Positions 19,601 through 29,779 of a stretch of 64,000 nucleotides of DNA are shown here, piece after piece. This DNA comes from Patescibacteria group bacterium (GTDB taxonomy: Bacteria; Patescibacteriota; Patescibacteriia; 2-01-FULL-39-33): assembly GCA_041671305.1 (NCBI GenBank), contig JBAZBX010000002.1, positions 5,193-69,192 of the forward strand. Reading direction: 5' to 3'. Every line of letters begins with the position of its first letter. Position 1 is the first letter of the stretch. The position numbers and the translations under genes are program-made. The notes under the pieces are model-generated. The model searched no databases and had not been told where the DNA came from. It saw only the letters and a program-made list of their open reading frames with translations.

Positions 19601-20065
19601 AAGCATGGCATAGACCAAAGCAGAAACAATCCAACCGGCTGCTACCGCAATCATATATATCAACCAACCGAGAAGATTACCTACAATAGTGCCAAAACCT
19701 GGGGATGTAGATGTAGTAGACTTCCCGGTTGCCGGATCCGTTGTTACCGTAGTTCCAGTTTTACTATCTTTTTCTATTAAATTTCCAAAAAAATCAGAAC
19801 TATATGTAGTATCGCCTGAATTTGCCGGGCTAGAAAACTGTTTTACCGTTCCATCTTCATAACGATATTGCGTATTAACTGTATTGCCAGTCTTCTCTTG
19901 CCAAACATCCATGGTCTTACCAGAGTCATCTCTGCTGCTTTTTACAATAAGCTTATACTCCGCCTGCACATTGACTAAAGGAGAAAACAAAAATAAAGCC
20001 ACAACAAAAACAACCATGATTATTCTCCATTTTTTCCTCTTCATATTTTCCAACATTTTATTCAT
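16691..20065 (-). CDS. VirB6-like polytopic membrane protein with a large C-terminal soluble domain
   Basis: GWKVIRDLCNNFFIVILIAIA, LLVMAILINFSK, RIVVLLFLTVLSPL and QWW, then a G/A-rich linker and ~550-aa charged tail. Start is uncertain. Confidence 0.75.
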   Translation of the reverse strand: MNKMLENMKRKKWRIIMVVFVVALFLFSPLVNVQAEYKLIVKSSRDDSGKTMDVWQEKTGNTVNTQYRYEDGTVKQFSSPANSGDTTYSSDFFGNLIEKDSKTGTTVTTDPATGKSTTSTSPGFGTIVGNLLGWLIYMIAVAAGWIVSALVYAMLSVMSYPINTHLDAVTNGWKVIRDLCNNFFIVILIAIAIGTIIKIPQWQIKELLPKLLVMAILINFSKMFCGLMIDVSQVLMLAFAAPLQGITGGNIILSALGIPDMYNLMGGDKGSYMDYGAANTSVEGQEIGFGNVITALVYALIASVVAAAVLVAIIAILIYRIVVLLFLTVLSPLPFLLTTFKKGEQYASQWWTEMSKNLIVGPIMLFFLWISFVIMGFSGNTTKNQDANVINGLGASNKIVDNTSSTKQMIVLSNAMSTEGIINFALVIGMLVASLVMGQKTGAVGASWAGSSLSFLNKARKGAQAMPWRATKGIGRGVGAVGGAIATGINDRLLIGEGLARTGFKLANKVPLARTLLSRPFARMTANMKSARTKRNEETARNAALVNRKRIEDMTAEELVAMAEKGNIDQQMAVAPELIRRVIANPTLDKNLENRANQVFGELFTKTNLNGANSKIIGDLKDKYFRHQARALDTTSKKDLREGVMSGTYDIDKAVRKIDTGGEKEHGRLQKLFDTFMLEPDEQEYKKNGKKADINSFIRYMYGFHDADPKALANTLAQFQDEGIKEIIRKQLDFGQLRSLLTVDSESGLVDKDNTLTIGNALLKNRLVGTEQLSHLVYDSSSDKPMNEESRDILADLVTQNASEISSRIKERISEVKQLEKAGKGTEAGELRAAIQKGMADIYENVSDVCGASTMKTIRGSIEDQKVLSKKAFVDATMNRAQRLDEHRKEYAAAHNGIMPSMEEFDKNGNALANYDAEYKRLTDNFGLGGEHVSTGSTKVDLIAMAEQLAERKKLAETAGDFYARTNYDADMKILEDKMVGSFIGGLSVSDFGNIQMGPPPAEGDNKGSMASALKLVQSFTLKSNGAKLYNYRRNAAKHKSNEAATNLLWNAIGSGSNGKKADELSDAELEVIREKIMKEFKIKKGMYGYVDAGDSAYLKMIQIMLKALQDNPEVWENFKPKQA

Positions 20066-20111
20066 ATTTTTACCGATAAATATATCAATCCCCACTGTCT
20101 TTTAATTTAAT

Positions 20112-23100
20112 TTAATTAAGACTTCCAGTTTCCGTATTCCAAGTTTTGGCGCCTTCATAATTCCAATTATCCTTCACTTTGATAATGATATTACCGGTAC
20201 CAGCAATATCTCCGTAATAATGATACAAAACAAATGGATCTGAAGGATTCGGCCTGGAAAGAAGCGCTGTGCCTGAAAAAGTCGTAGTGGTATCATCTCC
20301 CCAAGAAACACTATAAGCCCGAATTGGCAATTGCTCCGGATCAATTTCCGCCGTAAATTCCAACTTGATCGGACTATTTGACTTGACCTTGCGCAGTTCT
20401 GCAGGATCAGTGGTTGTGGCTAACAAATTAGTAGTAGTGACATGCTTAATTTCCGGATAATTGAAACACATTCTAGCACTTGTAGAGAGTGTCGTGCTTG
20501 CTTCATGAGCCTCTCTTTTGCTAATTCCACCGCAATTTTCCGTTGGCACTGACCAATCCATAGAACTCACCAAACTATAATACCCGCCCTCAATCGGACT
20601 TCCGTCTTTGTTGGCTCTCCACTCCCAAACGCCATAACTCTTGGCAAAAAGTTTTTTCAGCTCGTCCACGTCATGGACTTGCCCCATCCTAGATTGGCCA
20701 ATATCAGTCTTGCTCATGTTTTCTTCATAGAATAACGGCTGGTTGTATGGCACGTCGTCCTTGCTATCCCACTCATTCGGATATTGACCGGTAATTGGAG
20801 CAATAATAGAAGCAAAAGGATTTTGGTCAGTATTATAATTATAACGATTATAATGGTAAATATTGGCGTAGATATAAGTCCCTCCGCTACAGAAATAATT
20901 AGAATTAAGGCTTCCATCGCTATTGCAGACGGAGCTGAAAGAATTATTTAATTTCTCATCTGAGACAGAATTACCGCAACATTTGAGACCCAGGGTATTA
21001 GAATTAGTTAAGCCAACATAATTTCCACAATAATTTCTAGGCGTAGAACCATTTAAACGCAAACAATACATAGAATGATCAAAACATTGATTAGGATTAC
21101 CTACAACATACTCCGATAATCCTCCACCACAACCCGCATCAGTACAACTTGACATATTGCTATTGGAAAAAAGCGACAAACCATCAGCTACTGTTTCAAA
21201 CATATCGCCATACAGAGCATTTACTACACAATCCGTGTCATTGGTTTTGTAACTGGAGCCGGGTGAGGTCCTAGCCGAATAAGCTTTTTGCTGTCCGGAA
21301 GAATCTACCACCTGAACCACCTTATCGCAATAGCCGGCAGTAAATCCGTTGGAACTAATTCCTCCTATAACTCCGCTGGCATACGCTTTGTCTGAAGCAG
21401 CCGTACCGCCGGAGCCAAAAGCATAACCCAGGATATCACCTTGGACATCCGGATGCGGATCACTGGCTTGTCCACTATAATTAGGATCGGTGTCCGTCAC
21501 TATCTTGAAAGCGACATAGCCAATAGCCACCGTCTCATCGTTAATCCATTCTATGAGTCCGGAAACGATACCGCTCATATCCTTCAAAGCGGAAAGTGTA
21601 TGCCAAGGAAGTCCAAAAGCTACAGGAAATTTAGCAATATTGAAGCCGAACATGCCCCATCCACCCCAATAATCGTCCTGAGTCATGGTAAATGGCGACA
21701 TAATAAACTTTCCGATATCTTCCAGGGCTGTTGTTATACTACCCCACAAAGATTTATCCTTTATGATTAAAAATCCACTACTATCGTAATCATTATGACT
21801 AGCTAAATAATTACATGTATTTGCCAATTCAAAATCATTACAACTATCATCTTGCTGACATTCACTTCCGCTGTCGCCAATTCCGCAAAAAGTCCTAGAC
21901 AAAGGCAAACATTCTTCATAATTATTTCCATTAAGATCAAAAATTTTAGGACATTCCTTACTACCCCTTTCACTATTTAGATGAATATCCACAACAGAAG
22001 TATTTTCTCTATAATTTGTCAGGGGATTACATGGTGTGGTTTCACCACTGCTTATGCCACCAGCACAAACTCCACAACTTGAACCACCATTATTAGTACA
22101 ACTTGCCGCCAAGTTTTCAGCGCTATACATGCTTTCTGCTTCGGGAGCGTTGGTGCCAAAATAAAATGGCAACTCTCCGGCAATACCAAAAGATTCATAT
22201 GGCTTCATAAATACAAATAGTGGCATCGGGAAGAAATTTTTCTTGTCAAATCCGACATAGAGTCCGCTATAGAAGAAACGATAGACATTAGGATATCTCA
22301 AAAGAGTTCTCATGGATGCAGGCACATCAGAAAAAGGATAAAATTTGACTTCCTGACCCGTATGAGACTCCACCAAATCCATGACAGAGGCATATTTTCC
22401 TAAGTTTGCCGCATTAGCATTTAGGGTAAAATTAGAAAAATTCATTTTTTTCTCCGCTTTGGATACGCAATAATACAAAGGCATTCTTTCTTGATAATAC
22501 GGTGAATAGTCATTGACTGATTCTCCGGCAATATTATCTACCGGCCACCATTGCAGACATTGCTGACTGTTGATAGCTGGATCTTTGAGGATGCAATATC
22601 CGTATTGGCCATAATATTGGGTGTTGTCTTTGTTGTACCTACAACCAGGAGCATCGGCTTCGGGATAGACACGACAAGTTCTGGCTATCTGACTAACTTC
22701 GGTGCCATCAGTATCCAAGATAGTGTTGACGCCAATATTATCCCACATTGTATATCCGCCTAACTTTGTATTATCAAATCCTTTCTCAAGAGACGGAGCC
22801 AAACTGAACAAGGCAATTTTCATGCTGGTAGCTCCGCTAGGCGGAGTTACCCTATAAACTACATGTTTCCATGGAGTACCTTGATTGATTTTCAAAGTGT
22901 CAGCTGATTCCCATTTAGGACCAAATAATTGTGGCCCAGAATTAATGGTAATAATGTTATATGAGCCATTGGAATTTCTCTCTAGTGCGTTGCCCTCTCC
23001 GTTCAAAAATAGATAACGAACTTCCGCGTATGGCAAATTAGTGCCGTCTCCGGAACCCGCGATGTTGGTAGTATTGACCCAGAAAGAAAGATAATATGGC

Positions 23101-26100
23101 GTGTCATCTTCAACTCCGATATTTTCTGATATGACTATATTGCCGGAATTAAGTTGCAGATAAGAACCTCCGCTTTCCGCTTTCTGAGGATCAGAAACCA
23201 CCTTGAACAAACTAGAATTCCAAGTAATACTATTCATTTTGGGCTTAACTGATTGACAAGCCTTGGCGGGAGTGGAAGAACAAGCCAAACTGCCGGGAAC
23301 CCAGCCGATAGGATCACTGGATTCTCCAAATGTCATCTCAAAATCACCATTGACTACTTCAGAAGTTCCGCCAAGTTGATTCATAGCATCATACGGATAG
23401 TTGATAGTACCGCTAACCTTACTGTCAACCTCAGAAACCAGAGGATTAGTCATGACGTAGCCGGTTTTATTTTTATCTATCTCTGGTGAATAAGTCGCGA
23501 CAGTACTGGAACTATTTACTTGCCTATTGCAAGAACCGTCATCAGCAAAAGATTGACACATGCTAATATCCAAGCATTTATCATTTTCTGTAAAATTAAA
23601 CTGGGAATCATTTTTGGATTTCTGATAAGTATTGCAAGTCAGCCAATTACTGCAAGTCCTGTCGGCACCGGCTGAAACTATCATATTGGCATTGTTGGTT
23701 TGAATTCCAGCAATCGGCGAAACCCCTCCTCCCGCGACTGACGAAGTGAGATCCGCGTTATAAGTGAGCTGGGAATCAAAAATTAAATTCTTCCAAAATC
23801 TATCTCCCGTAGAGGTGGCCGAATAATCAATCTGTCCCCTATCATTTACCAGAACGCAACCAGTTCGGAAATTAACCTGGCCGTTGCAGGATCCGGAATT
23901 GACTGAACTGCTTAGTTTATAATAAACTCCGGCCAAAGTGACCTGAGAAGTTGAGCTACTGACACCAACAGCACAATCCTTGTTTTCTGCCGAGGAAACA
24001 TAGAAAAGTCTAGAATCAATTTTTGAAGATTGTTGGAAAGGATCTATTATCAAAGTCGCTCCACTACAGGAAGACAATAAACTGATGGCCGAGTCTGAAT
24101 TATACAAAGTATTCGTCTTGATGGAGACGGTATTATCGGATTTTATTTTTAATTTGGTATAGACATTTGTCAACGGATCAACATATTCGTTGCATCCGCT
24201 CTGAGCGCCCTGGCAAATTCCCGCCCATCCCTGATAATCAGTTCTTTCTACTCCAGTGACATTATCAACTATGCCTATTGGTTGGATTTTGGAAGACTGA
24301 TTCTCATAACCAGTGCCAAAGGTTTGATTGGCGGTAGTAATACATGGAATACTAGTACCCTGCTGAACCCAAGAACCGGTTGAGCCTGCTCCTTTGACAT
24401 ATTCACATACTTTGCCATGAGGATCTTTAAAATAAGAAAATGAATTCTGACCCGCATATTCCTCACACCATAATTCATTAAATTTACAAATATCCGTTTT
24501 ATATCGCTCTGGAAGATTTTTCAGATAAGCCGTGCTATAACCAGTAACCTCGTCATATTTATTGATTATTGGCAGGCCGTAAGACGTGCATCCCATTTCC
24601 TTGCTGGAACAAGAATATTTAGAATCCGCCACCAGATAAACGGTATTGTAAGCGGGAACAGATATAGATGAAGTAGCCGGATCAGAATTAAAAATCTCAC
24701 CTCCCGGATAATCATAATTATGGGTATCCACTAATTTCTCACAACCCGCCGCTTCCGCGCGACAAAGCTTAGCAAATGATTTGAGATAAGCAACGTTGCC
24801 AAGCCTATCCTTGTATGCGGAACAGCCAAGCATATTGCCGGGAACACAGCGATGATTATCTACTCCTGCAGTCGTATCAGCGCAAGTCTGAGTAGCCGTA
24901 GGATTATTGTATAATGTCTGTCCATTGCCATCGCCTAAATTATTATCGCAAGAAAAAGGCGTGTACCATGAATTTTCTACCAAATAAACACTATTTTGCA
25001 CCTCTTTCAAAATAATATTATTGAGATAAATATTTACTCCCTGAGGAATATTGAATTCCAAATACTGTTCAGCTGAGGAATCCAAGTTCCAATGGACAAA
25101 AACCGGTCCCAAATCGTATTTTCTCCATTCAGAGCTTACCTGCGCGCGTGACAGGCTAAGATTAGAATTATCCACCTTGGCCATGGCAAAAAAGTCATTC
25201 ACCGAGCCAGCCGAACCGAACTTGATAGAATTAAAAGCAAATGAGACATTGCCTTTCGCCCAGAAAGACAAAACGTATGTTTTATTTTGAGAAATATTTA
25301 CCAAGTGTTTCAGGGTGGAAGTAGAAGCGGTATTTGGATTGGTCAAAGAATGACCGCCGACAAAAGTGGAAACATTACTTAGCGTGGCTGTGGCATTGGA
25401 ATTAACGCCTTGATCATAGAGCCAGAGAGCCGAAGAAGTTGTAAGATCAAAATTACTATTGAGAATATTACGCACATTGTTGCCGGTATTGCCGGTATAA
25501 GCGCGGCAACCTTTCATTTCGGCCGAGCACGTCTTCCCTTCTCCAGGAATCGCCATATAAATACATTCATTATTGCCATTCCAGAAACCATTATGAGAAA
25601 CACAATCCTTGGCAGAATCAATATTATTGGTTTGAGTCAAAGTTCTTCTGTACGGATGGCAATTATCGGAAATGGTAATTGTCTGAGAAAGCAGACGATA
25701 TGACTTAGCGCCGGTCGCATCATAAAATTCCCGACAATCCGGATTTACGGCCATATCTTCTTGTGCGCAATAACCGTCATCAAGAGATTCATCGGTATTG
25801 TCCACACAAAGAGGCTGACCCACACTGCCCGTAGAAGTAGAGTAAGCTAAATCCGTGCAAGGCTTGTTGGAAGCTAAAATATTTGATTTTTTTAATTTGT
25901 ATACTTTTAATTGATAGCCGGCCGTGTCATCGCCTTCCCAAGTGTAGTAAGTGCCATCATTAATCCCCGGTTTTTCACAAACCTGGAAATTAACATAATA
26001 TTCCCTATTTTCCGCTCCTTTGGATAAATCATCCAAATTTGTAAATTCATCGCATCCGGCCAAATCCGCAGAACAATATTTAGGCACACTGTCGGCGATG

Positions 26101-29100
26101 AATTGATTGTATTTAGAAGAGGTAAAATCCGTTTCTTCCTGCTTGTAGACTTGATAACCCACGCACTCACCGGGACAGACATCCAAAGTTTCTGCTACGC
26201 CAGGAACAGCCGGATCCCCGTTGGTAGGAGTATATAATTCACAATCCACTTCGTCTGCCGTACAAACTGGCGCGTATTTAGAGCAAAGTGTGTTTCTATT
26301 CTGCAATACGGAATTAATATTGGTATAATCCGCCCAAGCACCGGTGGTTGAACTCTTGTAGCAATTATAATAATCCGGGGCTTTTTTGAGATAAGCCAAC
26401 TGGCTTGACGGCCTATACGACGGATTGTATTCTGAATAATCGCTTGGAGTTTCAATATTATAAGTCACTTCCTCCAATTGAATATCATCAAAATAAATAT
26501 TGCCTCCCGCATAGTTACTGCCAAGTTTCAAATCAAAATTATAATCTGAACTCATGAAAGCATCCTGGCCTACAGTAAATGACTTGCTCAGCCTCTGCCA
26601 AGAATTAGTTATATTGGCATTGGCACTAGCAGAAACGATAGAATTTTCTCCCTGATATAATCCAATTGAGGAATTGGCAGTTGAAGGCAAATAAACCCAT
26701 CCAGAGAGAATGTATTTCTTTCCTTTTTCAAGAATGGCATTATGACTAGCCTGAGTTAATTTTTCAGCACAACTACCACTACTTGTGCATTGCAATCCCA
26801 AAGAATGCGTTCCGCTATGGATAAAGGTACTAGCCACGGCGCCAGTTCCGGCATCAGAGGCCCATCCCCCATCCAGAGAGAATTCAAATCCGCCGTTATA
26901 AAACAAGTTGCTTCCCAATCCTGCTTTCGTCCTGATAAATTGAGAACAACCATCATTACTGCCATCGCAAGTCTGGACGTTTCTATTAAAATAAATATCG
27001 GCTGAAGTATTTGACACCGCTGGCATATTCAAAGAAACTGAATTTTGCTTACAATCTTCAATTTGTTTTTTGAATTCAAAATTATCAAAATAAGCTTTGG
27101 CCGTAGTGCCTGCCTTGGTAATAATCTTAATAGTGGCCGTGGCATAATTGTCAGCATCAAAATACATATAATAATCATTCCATCCAGCACCAATGCTGGT
27201 AAGCGGAAGATTAATCGCTAATTGATTATCCCGATAAATTTGAACATCTACCTCTCCAGCGCTGAAATAATCAGCCCTGGCAGAAAATTTAAATTGATAA
27301 GTAGATGTGGCGTCCACTTGAATATCTTTCAAGGTTATAATTTCACTGTTGGGAGCTGCCGTTTGCGGAGCGTTGTTGGCGGTTACCACCAAAACAGCAG
27401 AATTATCCTTGCCCTTATTTGAATCCCAATAATCCCTGGTATATGCATCCATGGAAGATAATTCTTCTAACCAAAACTGGGGCAAGAAAGAATTGGTGGC
27501 CTTCTGATTGAAATTTTGATTTAAGCTGGACAAAACATCAGCCGTTTCCAAGCAATTTTCCAAATTACAGCTTGAAGCGCCATAGGGAATGGTGCAACTT
27601 CCCTCAAAAGAACAGGTTTTGGTGGAAGAATTATAAGTACAATGATTATCTCCGGTACAAGACGTAGGAGAACAGGCAGAAGCCATGGTTACGATATTTG
27701 CGGTGCTACTGAGGTCGCTAACCAGATGCGACTCAGAAATATTTAAATTTGGGGTAGCAGTACATCCGCTGGGATCATTACAAATTCCGGCAACTAAATC
27801 AGGAGCTAAACTTCTCCATATTTTGGAAATCGGATCAAATAAATTACTATACCACCTGCAACCGGCATTTTGTGAATTACAATCTCTATAATCCAAAGAG
27901 TTGGAGAGGTAAGACTGCGCCGAACCCTGACGACTCTTGAAAGTCTGACAGGTATTATTTCTGGAATCGCACGTTGTGCCGAAATTCCAAAATCTTCTTT
28001 CTTCTGTGCAATACCCATAGGAAGAGCAGGAGCCATCGGCATTTTCCTTGATGCATTGCTGTTCATCCGCGCAATACTGATCCCTATTCATGGTTCCCTC
28101 TTGAGAATTCTGAAAGGTATTATGATCGCCGTATCCCTGTCTTCTGCAATAAACTTCCGGCGCCTTAAATACCCAATAAGGATCAACTAGGCCGTAAAAT
28201 TTGCTTCCAGACTTATCAAATTGATCCATAATATCGCCCAAGGTTATATTTTCCTTGCTGTCCTTGAGATAATTGGCGGCTATTTCCCAGCCTATTGGCA
28301 CAATCCTGTATTTTCTCAAAATAAGAATGGTTCTATAGGTAATGGCGGTGGTATAATTTTGCGAGTTAGCATTATTGGGCACAAATAACCTGTTTTTGAA
28401 ATCATCGCCGACCTGCCATACTTGTTTTTTGTCTTTGATGTATGAAGAAAAAGCCTGGTCAATTACGCAGTCAGTCGGCCCTGGATTATTTTTGGCATCA
28501 TCCGGACAAGTCATCAGCTTGCTCAAAATGTCATAAGGACCGCCAATGGCATATTCGCTTTGTTTTAATTTATTGAATCTGGCCTCGGCTCCGGCCGCAC
28601 CCTCAGAATATGGCTGAGCGTCTGGGTTTAAAAGACTGGAAAGATCAGGCAAAGGCAATCCGGATAAAAAGCTATTGTTGTTATTGCCTGACGATCCGCT
28701 AGTAAACAATCCTGACTTGAAATTATTAAGCAATTGTCCAACCAAAGTTTGAGCAAAGGTATTAACAAAATCAACTATAGTTCCGGTAAAAACTTCTTCC
28801 GCCAAAGTGGACTTTTCGGTGACGGCCGGAAGCATATCCTTCACCACATCGCCAGGCGTCAAAACTTTATTGGCAAAATCAGTAACACTCTTCCAACCGG
28901 TCGGATCCACCACTTTTTCTCCCACTTTGATCTTATCGGCGACATAAGCGATTGATTCGCCACTGAGCTTCAAATAAACAGAAATGTCATTCTCCCCTTC
29001 ATTCAAAGAATTATTGTACTCAAAAGCAAAATTCGGATTGGTAATGGCGGTGTTCCAATTGGTCATCATCTTGGAAAAAGTACAACGCACCTGCCTAGGC

Positions 29101-29756
29101 TTTTTCCAATTTATACTGGTTTGTATAGACAAGCTAAGAGTCGGACTTTTACATAAATCCACTCCATATCTTTGTCCCACCTGATCAATAAAATCTCCCA
29201 AAGCGCTGTCCCCCAAATTCTGCAAATACGCTCCCCAACCCTCTGTGATAAATAATGGTTTTTGTCCCTTACCACCGGAAGCAATCCAAGTCGCCGTGTC
29301 AGCCGCTAACTGCTGAGACATCAGAGAGAGAGATGATTTAAAGGCGGAAGCGAGAGCCACTCTTCTGGTTTCTTTTTTCAAGTCATCAGAAACTTTTTTG
29401 GCATATTCTTTCCATTGGCTACGATTCGTCAAATCGGCATTATTCTTTTGGGCTTCATCTATACAAGCCATTTGTGCTTGCGTGGCCGCTAACTGAGCCT
29501 GTCCGCAATCCGTGGGAGAGGCGCAAGGCTTAGCCACAATGCTTTGGCATTTTGCCACAGCCGCCGAAGCCGCCTTATCCGCCTGATCCGGCAAACCGAC
29601 TTCTCCGCTGTTTCCAGCTGAAAACCAGTCAGCAGATTGGTCGGCGATATCTGCTTCCGCTCTTGCCATTATTGGAAACGCGGACAAAGTAAAAAACATC
29701 AACAACGCAAAAATAGCTACCGAAAAATAAATTTTATTGTGAAAATTAAACTTCAT
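20112..29756 (-). CDS. Giant (3214 aa) secreted Cys-rich protein with several carbohydrate-binding-module-like domains
   Basis: Signal peptide, very many Cys, repeated CBM4_9-like motifs (NGGFE...YFDDIQLEE; NGDFE...WDNIG; YFDNFEF; YLNNIILKE) and a C-terminal PKD-like YSVSWGDD. Confidence 0.8.
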   Translation of the reverse strand: MKFNFHNKIYFSVAIFALLMFFTLSAFPIMARAEADIADQSADWFSAGNSGEVGLPDQADKAASAAVAKCQSIVAKPCASPTDCGQAQLAATQAQMACIDEAQKNNADLTNRSQWKEYAKKVSDDLKKETRRVALASAFKSSLSLMSQQLAADTATWIASGGKGQKPLFITEGWGAYLQNLGDSALGDFIDQVGQRYGVDLCKSPTLSLSIQTSINWKKPRQVRCTFSKMMTNWNTAITNPNFAFEYNNSLNEGENDISVYLKLSGESIAYVADKIKVGEKVVDPTGWKSVTDFANKVLTPGDVVKDMLPAVTEKSTLAEEVFTGTIVDFVNTFAQTLVGQLLNNFKSGLFTSGSSGNNNNSFLSGLPLPDLSSLLNPDAQPYSEGAAGAEARFNKLKQSEYAIGGPYDILSKLMTCPDDAKNNPGPTDCVIDQAFSSYIKDKKQVWQVGDDFKNRLFVPNNANSQNYTTAITYRTILILRKYRIVPIGWEIAANYLKDSKENITLGDIMDQFDKSGSKFYGLVDPYWVFKAPEVYCRRQGYGDHNTFQNSQEGTMNRDQYCADEQQCIKENADGSCSSYGYCTEERRFWNFGTTCDSRNNTCQTFKSRQGSAQSYLSNSLDYRDCNSQNAGCRWYSNLFDPISKIWRSLAPDLVAGICNDPSGCTATPNLNISESHLVSDLSSTANIVTMASACSPTSCTGDNHCTYNSSTKTCSFEGSCTIPYGASSCNLENCLETADVLSSLNQNFNQKATNSFLPQFWLEELSSMDAYTRDYWDSNKGKDNSAVLVVTANNAPQTAAPNSEIITLKDIQVDATSTYQFKFSARADYFSAGEVDVQIYRDNQLAINLPLTSIGAGWNDYYMYFDADNYATATIKIITKAGTTAKAYFDNFEFKKQIEDCKQNSVSLNMPAVSNTSADIYFNRNVQTCDGSNDGCSQFIRTKAGLGSNLFYNGGFEFSLDGGWASDAGTGAVASTFIHSGTHSLGLQCTSSGSCAEKLTQASHNAILEKGKKYILSGWVYLPSTANSSIGLYQGENSIVSASANANITNSWQRLSKSFTVGQDAFMSSDYNFDLKLGSNYAGGNIYFDDIQLEEVTYNIETPSDYSEYNPSYRPSSQLAYLKKAPDYYNCYKSSTTGAWADYTNINSVLQNRNTLCSKYAPVCTADEVDCELYTPTNGDPAVPGVAETLDVCPGECVGYQVYKQEETDFTSSKYNQFIADSVPKYCSADLAGCDEFTNLDDLSKGAENREYYVNFQVCEKPGINDGTYYTWEGDDTAGYQLKVYKLKKSNILASNKPCTDLAYSTSTGSVGQPLCVDNTDESLDDGYCAQEDMAVNPDCREFYDATGAKSYRLLSQTITISDNCHPYRRTLTQTNNIDSAKDCVSHNGFWNGNNECIYMAIPGEGKTCSAEMKGCRAYTGNTGNNVRNILNSNFDLTTSSALWLYDQGVNSNATATLSNVSTFVGGHSLTNPNTASTSTLKHLVNISQNKTYVLSFWAKGNVSFAFNSIKFGSAGSVNDFFAMAKVDNSNLSLSRAQVSSEWRKYDLGPVFVHWNLDSSAEQYLEFNIPQGVNIYLNNIILKEVQNSVYLVENSWYTPFSCDNNLGDGNGQTLYNNPTATQTCADTTAGVDNHRCVPGNMLGCSAYKDRLGNVAYLKSFAKLCRAEAAGCEKLVDTHNYDYPGGEIFNSDPATSSISVPAYNTVYLVADSKYSCSSKEMGCTSYGLPIINKYDEVTGYSTAYLKNLPERYKTDICKFNELWCEEYAGQNSFSYFKDPHGKVCEYVKGAGSTGSWVQQGTSIPCITTANQTFGTGYENQSSKIQPIGIVDNVTGVERTDYQGWAGICQGAQSGCNEYVDPLTNVYTKLKIKSDNTVSIKTNTLYNSDSAISLLSSCSGATLIIDPFQQSSKIDSRLFYVSSAENKDCAVGVSSSTSQVTLAGVYYKLSSSVNSGSCNGQVNFRTGCVLVNDRGQIDYSATSTGDRFWKNLIFDSQLTYNADLTSSVAGGGVSPIAGIQTNNANMIVSAGADRTCSNWLTCNTYQKSKNDSQFNFTENDKCLDISMCQSFADDGSCNRQVNSSSTVATYSPEIDKNKTGYVMTNPLVSEVDSKVSGTINYPYDAMNQLGGTSEVVNGDFEMTFGESSDPIGWVPGSLACSSTPAKACQSVKPKMNSITWNSSLFKVVSDPQKAESGGSYLQLNSGNIVISENIGVEDDTPYYLSFWVNTTNIAGSGDGTNLPYAEVRYLFLNGEGNALERNSNGSYNIITINSGPQLFGPKWESADTLKINQGTPWKHVVYRVTPPSGATSMKIALFSLAPSLEKGFDNTKLGGYTMWDNIGVNTILDTDGTEVSQIARTCRVYPEADAPGCRYNKDNTQYYGQYGYCILKDPAINSQQCLQWWPVDNIAGESVNDYSPYYQERMPLYYCVSKAEKKMNFSNFTLNANAANLGKYASVMDLVESHTGQEVKFYPFSDVPASMRTLLRYPNVYRFFYSGLYVGFDKKNFFPMPLFVFMKPYESFGIAGELPFYFGTNAPEAESMYSAENLAASCTNNGGSSCGVCAGGISSGETTPCNPLTNYRENTSVVDIHLNSERGSKECPKIFDLNGNNYEECLPLSRTFCGIGDSGSECQQDDSCNDFELANTCNYLASHNDYDSSGFLIIKDKSLWGSITTALEDIGKFIMSPFTMTQDDYWGGWGMFGFNIAKFPVAFGLPWHTLSALKDMSGIVSGLIEWINDETVAIGYVAFKIVTDTDPNYSGQASDPHPDVQGDILGYAFGSGGTAASDKAYASGVIGGISSNGFTAGYCDKVVQVVDSSGQQKAYSARTSPGSSYKTNDTDCVVNALYGDMFETVADGLSLFSNSNMSSCTDAGCGGGLSEYVVGNPNQCFDHSMYCLRLNGSTPRNYCGNYVGLTNSNTLGLKCCGNSVSDEKLNNSFSSVCNSDGSLNSNYFCSGGTYIYANIYHYNRYNYNTDQNPFASIIAPITGQYPNEWDSKDDVPYNQPLFYEENMSKTDIGQSRMGQVHDVDELKKLFAKSYGVWEWRANKDGSPIEGGYYSLVSSMDWSVPTENCGGISKREAHEASTTLSTSARMCFNYPEIKHVTTTNLLATTTDPAELRKVKSNSPIKLEFTAEIDPEQLPIRAYSVSWGDDTTTTFSGTALLSRPNPSDPFVLYHYYGDIAGTGNIIIKVKDNWNYEGAKTWNTETGSLN

Positions 29757-29779
29757 TAATATTTAACTTATATCGTAGC

